From contig JAKPMO010000028.1 in NCBI GenBank assembly GCA_029548865.1, positions 1 to 64,000 on the forward strand: DNA of 64,000 nucleotides. The letters are read 5' to 3'. This document shows, piece after piece, positions 9,097 through 18,959 of this stretch. Both the position numbers and the translations under genes were made by a program. The notes beneath the pieces were generated by a model that saw nothing but the letters and a program-made list of their open reading frames with translations, did not search any database and was not told the DNA's origin. Within the stretch, counting starts at the first letter, position 1, and each line of letters starts with the position of its first letter. This DNA is from Caldisericota bacterium (lineage in GTDB: Bacteria > Caldisericota > Caldisericia > JAAYUI01).

Positions 9097-12000
9097 GGAC
9101 ACCAGTATAAAGCCTGGTTTTTGATTTCTGACACTGCATGATTGCTTCATCAAGATATAAAATGGCCCTTTTGCAATCCTCTTGGAACATTTCTTTGTAT
9201 TTGGGATCAGTCCTGCCCCTATCAAGCACAAGGCGCGTAAAACCCATTGCGGCATAAGGTCTGGGTAGCATACATTCATCGACTCCAAGCAGAGGGTCCA
9301 TCACTTTACGGTATTTTCTGTATGACCTATTCCACAGATCTTTTGAAAAAGTTGAGTCTTCTTTGCCGCTGCCTTTTTGTTCTACATTCCCTGAGAATGA
9401 TTCAATCATGTCAACCCACGCTTCAAAGGTGATTGAAAAACCTACAATTTCTTTGTCTAAAATCTCTTTTAGCATTGGGTTTGTAATCTTTAGTATCTTC
9501 CTGGCTTCATTTATGTTGCCCTCAGACGCTACACAAAATGCATACTTGTGGGCAATCATGCAATATATCCCCTTGTGCTCCTGCTTCGCTTTTTCAAACA
9601 TATTCATTGCAATCTTGAGATTTACAATCGCCTCCCTGTGATTGCCTTTTATGAACATCATGTCACCCTGAAGCGCAAACGCAAAGGCTTCCTGGAATTT
9701 ATTTCCTGACTCAAAAGCTCTGGACTGCAGATCTTCGATGAAGTGTTCGGCCAAATCGAAATTCTCCATTTCAAGGGCTATCCTGACTGCTTTCTCATAA
9801 AGTGTGTGCAGTCTGAAAGTAGAAGAAAGCTTGTTCAGTTGACTGAGTGCCTCTTCAAGAACCGAGAGAGCTTCTTCTTTCCTGTAGATTTTTTCGTATG
9901 TGTTAATAAGGTTGATATAAATAATGGACAATTTGTTTATATCACCAAGATCTTTCGCTTTGTCCTTCAAATCCAGCAAAAGTGATATAGTTTTGTCAAA
10001 CTCTTTTCTATTGCTATAAACACCGACAAGATTCAGCAATGATGTTACTTCTTGGAGCTGACTGCCAACTTTCCTGGAAAGGGCGATATTCTTTTTAAAT
10101 ATCTCCTCTGCCTCGTCATTCTTTCCCATCATCATCTGGACTATACCGAGGTTATTAAATGACTGGAATAACCTGGCATCATTTTTCAACTTTTTAGCAT
10201 ATTTTATATTAAGGAGACAATATTTCTTTGCTTTCTCAAATTGCGACGAGTTGATATAGACCTCGCTGAAAGCCCTCGTCAAATAAAAGCCATCCTCGTC
10301 ATTTGGCGCTACAATAAAAAAACTCCAGGCAAGCTCAAAACGTGCAAGTGCATTATTGAATTCGCCAAGCCTTGCTCTGGCAAGGCCAAGCCACGTGGCA
10401 TACTTGATCTTCATGTTTTCCAGCGTGTTTTCTTCCAACAACGCCTGCTCAAGCATTTCAGAGGTATCTTTTAAGAAAGGGGTTATGCCAGTATTGACAA
10501 ATTGTGCTACACAGCTAAGGCTAAAGCTTAAAGCAACTTCCCTGTCAGTTATCCTGTTCAAATGCGGCAGTAATTTGTTTATGATGTCATTACAAAGCGC
10601 AAACTGATATTTTGACTGCATTTCCCGAAGAACAGGCATGAGATATTTTGCAGCTCTAAGGTACTCGCCAGCCTCTATATAGTGAGATCCTACCTCCTTG
10701 CGATATTCAGCTTTGCTGCCCTCATTCAATGTTTTTTCCAGGTGTTCCGCAATTCGTCTATGCAATTCCGTTAGTTCCCTGGCCGGCACATGACCTCTTA
10801 CAAACTGCACCACTTCGGGAAGTATGGGCTCAACAACAAGCTCCCCATCCAAAAGAGTCTCGCGAACAAACCCTTTGGAAACTAGTTCATCAATAGTGCC
10901 TCCTAATTGGTCCTCAGGAAGTCTGGCAATAGCACAAATCATTCTTGAAGGGAGCGGTCTATCCAAAAGACAAACCACGCCAAGCATCTCCCTGGCATTT
11001 CTGCCAACACCTGCAAATCTTCTAGCCGAAACGCTATTTTTCATGTCTTTCATGCCATCATTGAGAGCAGAAGGGTTAATCGCAAGTTGCCTTAAAATTT
11101 CAATTGCATTTTTTGGAATTCCTTTTGAAAAACGCAAAACCTCGTCTGCAAGATCATCAGAAAGCGACAATTTGAGATAATCCGCGAGTTTTTTTATTCC
11201 AGTTCTGCCAAGTGGCTTCAGATCCAAAACCACTGGCAAGGCAAGGGCGTTCTGTGGCTGAATACTCTCTGGATCAAAACCGGAGAACACAAGCAATTTC
11301 TTTGCTTTTGGAGCCGCAATGACCATCTCTTTGCACACATCAATTGTTTGTGGATCAGTTATGCCGTCAAATGCAAAAACAATGCCCTCATCAAACGCAT
11401 AAAGCAATATTTTTGCAAGCGCTGCCGAGAATTGTTCTCTTCCATCATCTATGTATGCCGAAAAATCGAGGTTGTGCCTCTTGAAAAATAATGGAGATAG
11501 CAACTCTATCTGTTTCGAGAACCGTGAAATAAGTGGTCTGTCGACCATGATATCATAACCGGCAAGTTCATCCAAGATTCTTCCAATGGCTGGTGCACCA
11601 GGCCAGGCCTGTTTTCCGTCACACAGTATGAATTTGACCTTCCTGGACAGGGCCACCGTCCGGAATTCTTCAACAAGCTTTGTTTTACCAATACCGCTCT
11701 CACCCTGAACCAGGACAATTCTTCCTTCTCCCAGCATAAGGAGGTCAAGGCAATCGCTAAATTTCGATACTTCCTCCTCCCTTCCGACAAGAGGAACCTT
11801 CACGGTGCTTATTGCTGACCTGGCTGATTTTTCTTCTGTGACACCTCTTGAAAAAGACAACAGCGCATCTTCAACTTCTTTGCCAGATTGGTACCTTGAG
11901 CCAGGGTCTTTGTTGATGAGCTTGAGACAGATTTCTTCGAGTTCCTCTGGTACCCTTGGATTTACGAGAGATGGCCTGATGGGTTTTTCATGCAATATTC

Positions 12001-12628
12001 TAAATATCTGGTTTTGGACTTGGCCCTCACCAAACGGGAGACAACCAGTAAGCTGTTCATACAAAACTGCTCCCAGTGAATACAAGTCTGAGCACCCATC
12101 TGTTTTTTGCCCCATTACGCCTTCTGGCGACATATACCCTACAGTCCCAGAGACCTCGCCACCTTTTCGTAACTGTCCTTGCATGTTTGCGATTGCAACA
12201 CCAAAATCCAGCAAAACTGGCCTGTTTTCCACAAGCATGATGTTTGAAGGCTTGATATCACCATGAACAATGCCTTTCTGGTGCAAAGCAAAAAGGGCAT
12301 TTGCAACAATGGCCAGCAGGCCAGCCAATCTTTTAAAATTCTCCCTTTCCCTTATTTCATGTCCCTGGATGTACTCCATCACATAATAGAGGTTTTCACC
12401 ATCCTGCCCACTGTCCAGCAATTTTACTATATTTGGGTGGTCAATCGATTTTAGGAGCTCAATTTCACGAAAAAATCTCTTTTTTTCGGATTCCGGGTCC
12501 CTGCTCCCCAAAAAAGCAAATTTTATTGCAACATGGGATTTGGTGTGGGTGTCGAAAGCCATATAAACCTCTCCCATGCCGCCTTCGCCAAGTTTCTTCA
12601 AGAGCTCATAGCGACCGCCAGTGATCAT
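9047..12628 (-). CDS. Ser/Thr protein kinase fused to AAA/STAND-like NTPase and TPR repeats
   Basis: LGEGGMGEV, HGDIKPSN, DFG, GTVGYMSPE; LVGREEE...GESGIGKT P-loop; C-terminal TPRs (NNLGIV). Confidence 0.9.
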   Translation of the reverse strand: MITGGRYELLKKLGEGGMGEVYMAFDTHTKSHVAIKFAFLGSRDPESEKKRFFREIELLKSIDHPNIVKLLDSGQDGENLYYVMEYIQGHEIRERENFKRLAGLLAIVANALFALHQKGIVHGDIKPSNIMLVENRPVLLDFGVAIANMQGQLRKGGEVSGTVGYMSPEGVMGQKTDGCSDLYSLGAVLYEQLTGCLPFGEGQVQNQIFRILHEKPIRPSLVNPRVPEELEEICLKLINKDPGSRYQSGKEVEDALLSFSRGVTEEKSARSAISTVKVPLVGREEEVSKFSDCLDLLMLGEGRIVLVQGESGIGKTKLVEEFRTVALSRKVKFILCDGKQAWPGAPAIGRILDELAGYDIMVDRPLISRFSKQIELLSPLFFKRHNLDFSAYIDDGREQFSAALAKILLYAFDEGIVFAFDGITDPQTIDVCKEMVIAAPKAKKLLVFSGFDPESIQPQNALALPVVLDLKPLGRTGIKKLADYLKLSLSDDLADEVLRFSKGIPKNAIEILRQLAINPSALNDGMKDMKNSVSARRFAGVGRNAREMLGVVCLLDRPLPSRMICAIARLPEDQLGGTIDELVSKGFVRETLLDGELVVEPILPEVVQFVRGHVPARELTELHRRIAEHLEKTLNEGSKAEYRKEVGSHYIEAGEYLRAAKYLMPVLREMQSKYQFALCNDIINKLLPHLNRITDREVALSFSLSCVAQFVNTGITPFLKDTSEMLEQALLEENTLENMKIKYATWLGLARARLGEFNNALARFELAWSFFIVAPNDEDGFYLTRAFSEVYINSSQFEKAKKYCLLNIKYAKKLKNDARLFQSFNNLGIVQMMMGKNDEAEEIFKKNIALSRKVGSQLQEVTSLLNLVGVYSNRKEFDKTISLLLDLKDKAKDLGDINKLSIIYINLINTYEKIYRKEEALSVLEEALSQLNKLSSTFRLHTLYEKAVRIALEMENFDLAEHFIEDLQSRAFESGNKFQEAFAFALQGDMMFIKGNHREAIVNLKIAMNMFEKAKQEHKGIYCMIAHKYAFCVASEGNINEARKILKITNPMLKEILDKEIVGFSITFEAWVDMIESFSGNVEQKGSGKEDSTFSKDLWNRSYRKYRKVMDPLLGVDECMLPRPYAAMGFTRLVLDRGRTDPKYKEMFQEDCKRAILYLDEAIMQCQKSKTRLYTGVLIGLREKTRDAASQAS

Positions 12629-12695
12629 CTGCTCACGAATTTTACTCTCAAAAGGTTATGAGGCAATAACCCCATAAATAGAAACTCGGCCAGGA

Positions 12696-13484
12696 TTAAT
12701 TTACCACCTTCGGATAGAGCCTGCCACCTATGAAAATAAAAACAATAAGAACCGCCAGAAGAATGGCAAAATCAAGCGTCAAACCAAACTGGCTCTGATA
12801 CTTTACAAGCATCATTGACCTTGTGGCATCAACCAGATATGTGAGTGGATTTCCCCATGCAATATATTTGAGCCATTCAGGCATCATCTGGATGGGATAA
12901 ATAGCATTTGAAGCAAAAAACAGCGGCATTGTTATGAGTTGCCCGATACCCATGAGTCTTTCCCTTGTTTTCACAAGGCAGGCGATGATTAGTGAAAGTG
13001 TTGAAAATAGCGCAGACCCTATAACAATGGCGAAGAGGACACCCAAAATACTTAGGGGGCTCCAGCTAACACCAACACCCAAGAGGAGCGAAAGCAAGAA
13101 GATTATAACAGCTTGGGAGAGTCCCCTGAATCCTGCCGAAAGAGCTTTCCCAAGAACGAGTGCCTCTCTTGGTGCGGGAGAAACGAGAAATTTATGCACA
13201 ATTCCAAGGTCTCTCTCCCAGATGATTGTAATCCCAAAAAAGATTGAGATAAAAAGAACGCTCTGGCACAAGATTCCAGGGGCCATGAAATCAATATATG
13301 GTATGTCACCCGTAGGGATGGCGCGAGTCCTTGTGAATACCTGGCCAAAAACCATTAACCATAGAGTGGGTTGGATAGCCCTGGTTATTATCTCTGAGGG
13401 ATCATGCTTGAGCTTCTTCAACTCCAGCTCAACAATGACAAAGGTCTTTTTGATGAAATTGCTAATGGTCTGTAAAATTGTCAT
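12696..13484 (-). CDS. ABC-2 type exporter permease
   Basis: IIWERDLG, LGKAL, FFASNAIYPI..MPEWL...NPLTY motifs; start taken at MTILQ. Confidence 0.9.
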   Translation of the reverse strand: MTILQTISNFIKKTFVIVELELKKLKHDPSEIITRAIQPTLWLMVFGQVFTRTRAIPTGDIPYIDFMAPGILCQSVLFISIFFGITIIWERDLGIVHKFLVSPAPREALVLGKALSAGFRGLSQAVIIFLLSLLLGVGVSWSPLSILGVLFAIVIGSALFSTLSLIIACLVKTRERLMGIGQLITMPLFFASNAIYPIQMMPEWLKYIAWGNPLTYLVDATRSMMLVKYQSQFGLTLDFAILLAVLIVFIFIGGRLYPKVVN

Positions 13485-13488
13485 GGAA

Positions 13489-14289
13489 TCACCCCAGCCT
13501 TTTTGCGACCCTGCGAGTACGTCTTGTGTCCTTAAATCCAGCGCCTTCATCCAACGCATTGCCAGTGTAACGAACAAAAACGTCGTCCAGTGTCGCCCCC
13601 TCAATTCCAAGGGAGTCCTTGAGGCTATCTGGTGTGCCAGTGGCCGACATCTTGCCACGGTCCATGATGGCAACACGATCGCACAATCTATCAGCCTCTT
13701 CCATGTAGTGGGTGGTCAGGAATATCGTGGTGCCAAATTCGGTTTTGAGCTTTGCGATGTGTTCCCACATCATCTTTCTGGCCACCGGATCAAGACCGAC
13801 GGTCGGTTCATCAAGGAAAAGCACTTTTGGCTTGTGGAGCAGTGATTGAGCAATCTCCAGCCTTCTGACCATTCCGCCAGAGTAGTTTTTTACAAGCTTG
13901 TTTTTGGCATCCATCAGCCCCATAAACTCAAAAGCCTCATTAATCTGGGACTTTCTGGTTCTTGCAGGAACATCATAGAGCTTCGCAAAAACAGTCAGGT
14001 TTTCCAGCCCTGTCAGCATTGGATCAGTGGATATGAGTTGTGGCACATAGCCTATTATTTTTCTGACTTCGTAGGCATTTTTTACAACGTCATACCCGCC
14101 AATTTTTGCACTCCCGGAGGTCGGCAGAAGGAGTGTGGTGAGCATTTTTATCGTTGTAGTCTTGCCTGCGCCATTTGGTCCAAGCAGGCCAAATGATTCA
14201 CCTTCCAGAACCTCAAGCGACAGATTGTTTACTGCAACAAGATTGCCAAAGAGTTTTGTCAGGCCGGTGACTTCAATTATATTGCGCAT
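13489..14289 (-). CDS. ABC exporter ATP-binding protein (DrrA-like)
   Basis: GPNGAGKTT, YSGGM, LFLDEPTVGLDP, TTHYMEEA; start taken at MRNIIEV. Confidence 0.93.
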   Translation of the reverse strand: MRNIIEVTGLTKLFGNLVAVNNLSLEVLEGESFGLLGPNGAGKTTTIKMLTTLLLPTSGSAKIGGYDVVKNAYEVRKIIGYVPQLISTDPMLTGLENLTVFAKLYDVPARTRKSQINEAFEFMGLMDAKNKLVKNYSGGMVRRLEIAQSLLHKPKVLFLDEPTVGLDPVARKMMWEHIAKLKTEFGTTIFLTTHYMEEADRLCDRVAIMDRGKMSATGTPDSLKDSLGIEGATLDDVFVRYTGNALDEGAGFKDTRRTRRVAKRLG

Positions 14290-14296
14290 GTGATCT

Positions 14297-14324
14297 AGCA
14301 TAGAACTCCAGGAAAAACGTTCAA
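14297..14324 (-). promoter_or_regulatory. Putative promoter for a leaderless ABC operon
   Basis: TTGAAC, 16 bp, TATGCT, 7 nt, ATG. Confidence 0.5.
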
Positions 14325-14354
14325 CAGCGTTTGCGCAAAAAAGTGCAAAGAAAC

Positions 14355-14384
14355 AAAAAAGCCCCGGGCAAATCCACCCGGGGC
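14355..14384 (-). terminator. Intrinsic terminator after the pfkA-like gene
   Basis: GCCCCGGG/CCCGGGGC stem followed by T6 on the minus strand. Confidence 0.85.
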
Positions 14385-14397
14385 CATAAAGCATGCC

Positions 14398-15393
14398 CTA
14401 GTAGAACAGTCTTGCGTATTCGAAAAGTTTGGCTTCTGGTTTACGGCGTTCTCTGGTTGCCTGGTCCATGTCGGCCGGGACAATTAGTCCACCTTTCAAG
14501 GCCACCATCTTTCCCACATCGCCTCTCTTCAGGAGCTCGACAGCCTCATAACCATAGCGCGTTGCAAGCGTCCTGTCAAAGAAGGTTGGTGTTCCACCCC
14601 TTTGCAAATGGCCCAATACAGTAAACCTTGTGTCAATACCACTTCTTTTTTCAATCTCGGATGCAAGATAGGCGCCAACACCAGTTTTCGGGCACTCACC
14701 AAGTGGCAGTCCATCAACAGTCGCTGTATCGGTGATGACGATTATAGAGAATGTCTTTCCAGAAGATTTCCTGTTTTCGATGTGGTGCAAAATATCATCA
14801 AATTTTGGCCTGTATTCAGGCGTGACAACATAATCAGCACCACCGCCAAGGCCGCCAAGCAGAGCTATCCAGCCAGCCCCACCGCCCATTACCTCGACAA
14901 CCATGACTCTATGGTGCGAGGAGGCAGTTGAATGGAGTCTGTCCAGCGATTCACAAACAAAATTGGCCGCTGTGTCAAACCCGATTGTCTGCTCTGTTCC
15001 CGTGACATCGTTGTCAATTGTTGCAGGGATGCCAACCGTTGCATAACCGGCGTCATTGAGCCTGGAAGCAATGCGCAGCGATGTGAAGCCGCCAATCACC
15101 ACAATCGACGTGAGCTGGTACTTTTTGAAATTGACCTGGAAAGACGCAAAATCAGTCTCGCTGGAGAACGGGTCGTCCTTTCCAGAACCAAGGATCGAAC
15201 CACCCAGATAGAGGATGCCGGAGACATGCGATTTCTGCATGACAAACACATCGTCATGGATCAGTCCATACCAGCCATTCCTGACGCCAATGACCTCGTA
15301 GCCAAGATCAAAAGACTTTCTCGCCACTGCCCTGATGGCCGCATTGAGACCCGGACAGTCAGCCCCAGACGTAACAACACCAATTCTTCTCAT
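14398..15393 (-). CDS. pfkA: 6-phosphofructokinase family protein with atypical active-site motifs
   Basis: DCPGLNAAIR, TIDND, IGFDTA and LGHLQRGG are present; GGFTS, MGGGAG and ITDT deviate from consensus. Confidence 0.85.
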   Translation of the reverse strand: MRRIGVVTSGADCPGLNAAIRAVARKSFDLGYEVIGVRNGWYGLIHDDVFVMQKSHVSGILYLGGSILGSGKDDPFSSETDFASFQVNFKKYQLTSIVVIGGFTSLRIASRLNDAGYATVGIPATIDNDVTGTEQTIGFDTAANFVCESLDRLHSTASSHHRVMVVEVMGGGAGWIALLGGLGGGADYVVTPEYRPKFDDILHHIENRKSSGKTFSIIVITDTATVDGLPLGECPKTGVGAYLASEIEKRSGIDTRFTVLGHLQRGGTPTFFDRTLATRYGYEAVELLKRGDVGKMVALKGGLIVPADMDQATRERRKPEAKLFEYARLFY

Positions 15394-15402
15394 TTGACCT
15401 CC

Positions 15403-17394
15403 TTACAAAAGAAAGGGAATAAAAAGCAAAGAGATGACGGCCATTAGCTTTATCAGGATGTTTATTGAAGGCCCGGCCGTGTCTTTCAAAGGATCACCCA
15501 CTGTATCTCCAACAACTGTGGCTTTATGGACAAAGCTGCCTTTCCCATCAAGGTAGCCAGTTTCCACAAGCTTTTTTGCATTGTCCCATGCACCACCCGA
15601 GTTTGCCATGAATATTGCCAGGAGCGTTCCGGAGAGTGTTGAACCAACAAGCACTCCACCAAGCCCCTCCTTGCCAAGCACAAAAAACGAGGCGAAAGGC
15701 ACCACCACCATAAGCAATGCTGGCAAAACCATATTTCTTAGTGCGCCCGATGTCGCAATGGAAACTGTTTTCTTGTAATCAGGCTCTGCCTTTCCAGCCA
15801 AAAGACCGACAATTTCCCTGAACTGCCTTCTGACCTCCTCAACCACAAGATTGGCCGTTGAGCCAACCGCCCTGATGGTCAGGGCAGAGAACAGTGCTGG
15901 CATGGCAATCCCGATGAAGGCACCTGCAAGTACTCCTGGGTCCAGAAGATTAAAGAGTTCAGCCTTCAGACCAACCTGCTGCGAATAGGCAACAAAAAGT
16001 GCCAGTGCTGTAAGTGCGGCCGAACAGATGGCAAAACCTTTTCCCATTGCGGCAGTTGTGTTGCCAAGTGAATCAAGTGTGTCGGTTATCTCCCTGACAG
16101 AAGGGTCCTGCCCGCTCATCTGCGCTATTCCACCAGCATTGTCGGCTATCGGGCCATAAGCATCAACCGCAAGTGTTGCGCCAAGTGTCGTGAGCATTCC
16201 GACACCAGCAAGGGCAACGCCAAAAATGCCATTCGCATAGAAGGCCCCAACAAGTGCCGCGGCTATTATGATCAATGGCAGAACGGATGATTCCATGCCC
16301 ACACCAAAACCGGCGATGATGTTTGTGGCCGGGCCACCTTTACTCTGTTCAGCTATCATCCTGACCGGTTTTGAAGAGGTATAATAGGTTGTGACCGCCC
16401 CAACAAGGACTCCCGCTACCAGACCGCCTGCGGTGGCAAGAAAAGGCATGTAGGAACCAAGTATCTTGATGGAAAGAAAGAACTGGACACCAATGGACAA
16501 AATTGAAGCAACGATTGTCCCAAGCTGGAGCCCGAAAGCCGGCTTCAGTTTTCCGAACCTGGCACCAAGTTTTACTATCCCAACACCAATAATGGAAGCC
16601 AATAACCCTGAACCAACAGAATATAGGATGAAGGCCGTTTTTGATATGTCGAATGTGCCATCTGCCAGTGTCGCCAGCACAAGTGCCGAGACGATTGCAC
16701 CAACATACGACTCGTAGAGGTCAGCACCCATTCCTGCAATATCACCTACGTTGTCGCCGACATTGTCAGCTATCACGGCAGGGTTTCTGGGGTCATCTTC
16801 CGGTATTCCAGCCTCGACCTTGCCAACAAGATCTGCACCCACATCGGCCGCTTTGGTGTATATACCACCGCCAACTCTGGCAAAAAGCGCAACGAACGAG
16901 GCACCAACAGAGAAGCCAACCAGTATGCTGGCCGTTTCAGAAGAATGCAGGGTGTCTCTGAAAACAAGAAAGAGGGCAGTTATTCCAATTATTCCAAGAG
17001 AAGAGACCACAAGGCCCATTACTGCGCCGCCAGAGAAGGCCATGTCTAGCGCTCTTCCCTCACCCCTTGTTTTTGCGGCCTGCGTTGTCCTGGTGTTGGC
17101 AAGCGTGGCCACATTCATGCCTACAAAACCGGCTAGAACAGAAAACAGGGCGCCAATAGAAAACGAAAGGGCAACATACGGGGAAATGACAAAACCTATA
17201 AGGATCGCAAATGGAACTGCCACAAGAAACATGTACTGGTATTCCTTTGTGAGAAAGGCGAAAGCGCCCTGCCTAATTGCATTTGATATCCCAACCATGA
17301 CAGAATCGCCAGGGTCCGATTTCCTGACCAGAAAAACAAGGAGGGCCGCGACCAAAAGCCCCAATAAACCGATGCCCAACACCAGTAGTTCCAA
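15403..17394 (-). CDS. hppA: Membrane pyrophosphatase, K+-dependent, probably Na+-translocating
   Basis: GGGIYTKAADVGADLVGKVE, DNVGDNVGD, DLYESY, GNTTAA, GDTVGDPLKDTAGP. Confidence 0.95.
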   Translation of the reverse strand: MELLVLGIGLLGLLVAALLVFLVRKSDPGDSVMVGISNAIRQGAFAFLTKEYQYMFLVAVPFAILIGFVISPYVALSFSIGALFSVLAGFVGMNVATLANTRTTQAAKTRGEGRALDMAFSGGAVMGLVVSSLGIIGITALFLVFRDTLHSSETASILVGFSVGASFVALFARVGGGIYTKAADVGADLVGKVEAGIPEDDPRNPAVIADNVGDNVGDIAGMGADLYESYVGAIVSALVLATLADGTFDISKTAFILYSVGSGLLASIIGVGIVKLGARFGKLKPAFGLQLGTIVASILSIGVQFFLSIKILGSYMPFLATAGGLVAGVLVGAVTTYYTSSKPVRMIAEQSKGGPATNIIAGFGVGMESSVLPLIIIAAALVGAFYANGIFGVALAGVGMLTTLGATLAVDAYGPIADNAGGIAQMSGQDPSVREITDTLDSLGNTTAAMGKGFAICSAALTALALFVAYSQQVGLKAELFNLLDPGVLAGAFIGIAMPALFSALTIRAVGSTANLVVEEVRRQFREIVGLLAGKAEPDYKKTVSIATSGALRNMVLPALLMVVVPFASFFVLGKEGLGGVLVGSTLSGTLLAIFMANSGGAWDNAKKLVETGYLDGKGSFVHKATVVGDTVGDPLKDTAGPSINILIKLMAVISLLFIPFLL

Positions 17395-17418
17395 AGGAGC
17401 CTCTTTTATTTTTGAGAA

Positions 17419-17493
17419 TGGTGGGCGAAACAGGATTCGAACCTGTGACCCCTTCCGTGTGAGGGAAGTGCTCTACCGCTGAGCCATTCGCCC
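17419..17493 (-). tRNA. tRNA-Val(CAC)
   Basis: GGGCGAATGGCTCAGCGGTAGAGCACTTCCCTCACACGGAAGGGGTCACAGGTTCGAATCCTGTTTCGCCCACCA: cloverleaf, anticodon CAC, encoded CCA; TTGACA-16-TAGAAT upstream. Confidence 0.97.
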
Positions 17494-17546
17494 GCCTTGT
17501 TTAGATATTCTATTGCGAGACTTAGTTCTGTCAACTTAAACTGGCG

Positions 17547-18959
17547 CTAATTGCCTCTCACAACTTCAGCTCCAATGCAGGAGCCATCAGCATTCAGCAG
17601 ACATACATAAATAAGGTTTGGTGCACTTGGTTTTGGAATAGGGAGCCTAATGGAGCCATCGAGCCTTGGTTTGGCGGTATTTAATTTTTTGACAATCAAA
17701 GGTGACATCGAGCCAGGCACTTCAAAAGAAACCATAACACAATCAGGATTTGGTGCCATAGCAACGGCTTGTCCGTCTTCAATTTTTATCTGGACTGTCT
17801 GGAGGTTTTTCCCATCAATGCAAGATGCCAGCTCATCAATCAATACTTGTGGCTGATCAAGAAGGTTCTTAAGGGCTGGCCCTTTTTCAAAGATTTGCCC
17901 ATCAAGGACGAGCTTCTCGTCGCCTTCTGTTTCCACAACACAAACAAGAGCTTTTGGATACAGCGCCTGCTGTATGCGCCAGACTGGCAGGACGTATTTT
18001 GAATAAGTCTTTTTTGATACCTCAAAAATGACCAGGGACAGCGAGGAATTCTTCCATTTTCTCGAGACGAGACTCTTTGGAACGGCCCAAGCCTGGCCTG
18101 GGTCCGGCTGGGCGACATAGAAAAAATCATCCGAAACGTCGATGGATGTTGGCTTGAAGGGTGATTGCCTGCCACTTATGGGGTCTTCTCCCGGATTTTC
18201 CTGGCCAAGGCTACTGGCAGTCTGGCCCCACACAGCAAAACCCCCGGATTTGTAAAACACCTGGACCCTGTCATTTCCGGTGTCTGCCACCCACACATTT
18301 CCATTTTCATCAACTGACAACGCAGACGGATTGTCAAGCTGACCGAGCCCCTTGCCCTGCGAGCCCAATTCCTCCAGTTTTTCAAGCTCTTCGTTGAAAA
18401 CAACCACCTGGCCCTTGCCCGTGACATAGAGCTTATCCTGTTTAAAAACACAGCTTGTGGCCTCAAAATCAATGGTTTTTACAAGTGACCAGTCCTTTTC
18501 AAATGAGGCGATCTTTCCACCTTCAAAAACAACATAAAAATAGTTTGTGCCAAAAGCCATGCTGATGGGATTTTTGCCATCAAAACCCAGTTCCTTTGAG
18601 GTCACCTTTTCCTGGAGCGCGCCAAAATGGTCATACCGTTTTACAGCATGTTCCTGAAGGCAGCAGGCGTATATGTTGTTCCCGCCATAGCAAACTGAAG
18701 ATGGGGTAAATGTCGGATCCTTCTTGCATTCATCAGCATTCCCAAGGTGGCCAGCAAAATGTCCATCAAGCGTGAAAAGGAACATCCTGCCCATGTTTGA
18801 ATCCGTGACAATCACCCTGTCGTTCATTGTGGTGACAAGGGTGCCCCTGATGGTGCAATAACACCACCCAAATCCCATTCTTGCTATGTTTGCAGACTGG
18901 ACCGGGGTGCAAAACAACACCACCAGCGCTAGAAAAAAGCTACCAAATCGGTACTTCAT
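17547..18959 (-). CDS. Secreted NHL-repeat beta-propeller protein
   Basis: Signal peptide; GQLDNPSALSVDENGNVWVADTGNDRVQVF. Confidence 0.85.
   Translation of the reverse strand: MKYRFGSFFLALVVLFCTPVQSANIARMGFGWCYCTIRGTLVTTMNDRVIVTDSNMGRMFLFTLDGHFAGHLGNADECKKDPTFTPSSVCYGGNNIYACCLQEHAVKRYDHFGALQEKVTSKELGFDGKNPISMAFGTNYFYVVFEGGKIASFEKDWSLVKTIDFEATSCVFKQDKLYVTGKGQVVVFNEELEKLEELGSQGKGLGQLDNPSALSVDENGNVWVADTGNDRVQVFYKSGGFAVWGQTASSLGQENPGEDPISGRQSPFKPTSIDVSDDFFYVAQPDPGQAWAVPKSLVSRKWKNSSLSLVIFEVSKKTYSKYVLPVWRIQQALYPKALVCVVETEGDEKLVLDGQIFEKGPALKNLLDQPQVLIDELASCIDGKNLQTVQIKIEDGQAVAMAPNPDCVMVSFEVPGSMSPLIVKKLNTAKPRLDGSIRLPIPKPSAPNLIYVCLLNADGSCIGAEVVRGN

Noticed and set aside
12934..13845. 303-aa plus-strand ORF
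   Set aside because: Antisense shadow of the ABC genes with no motifs; the same applies to most short overlapping ORFs in the track.
16751..17482. 243-aa plus-strand ORF
   Set aside because: Antisense to hppA and reads through the tRNA.
17419..17493. tRNA-Val as an integration site
   Set aside because: No duplicated tRNA 3' end or integrase was seen, and the flanks are housekeeping genes.
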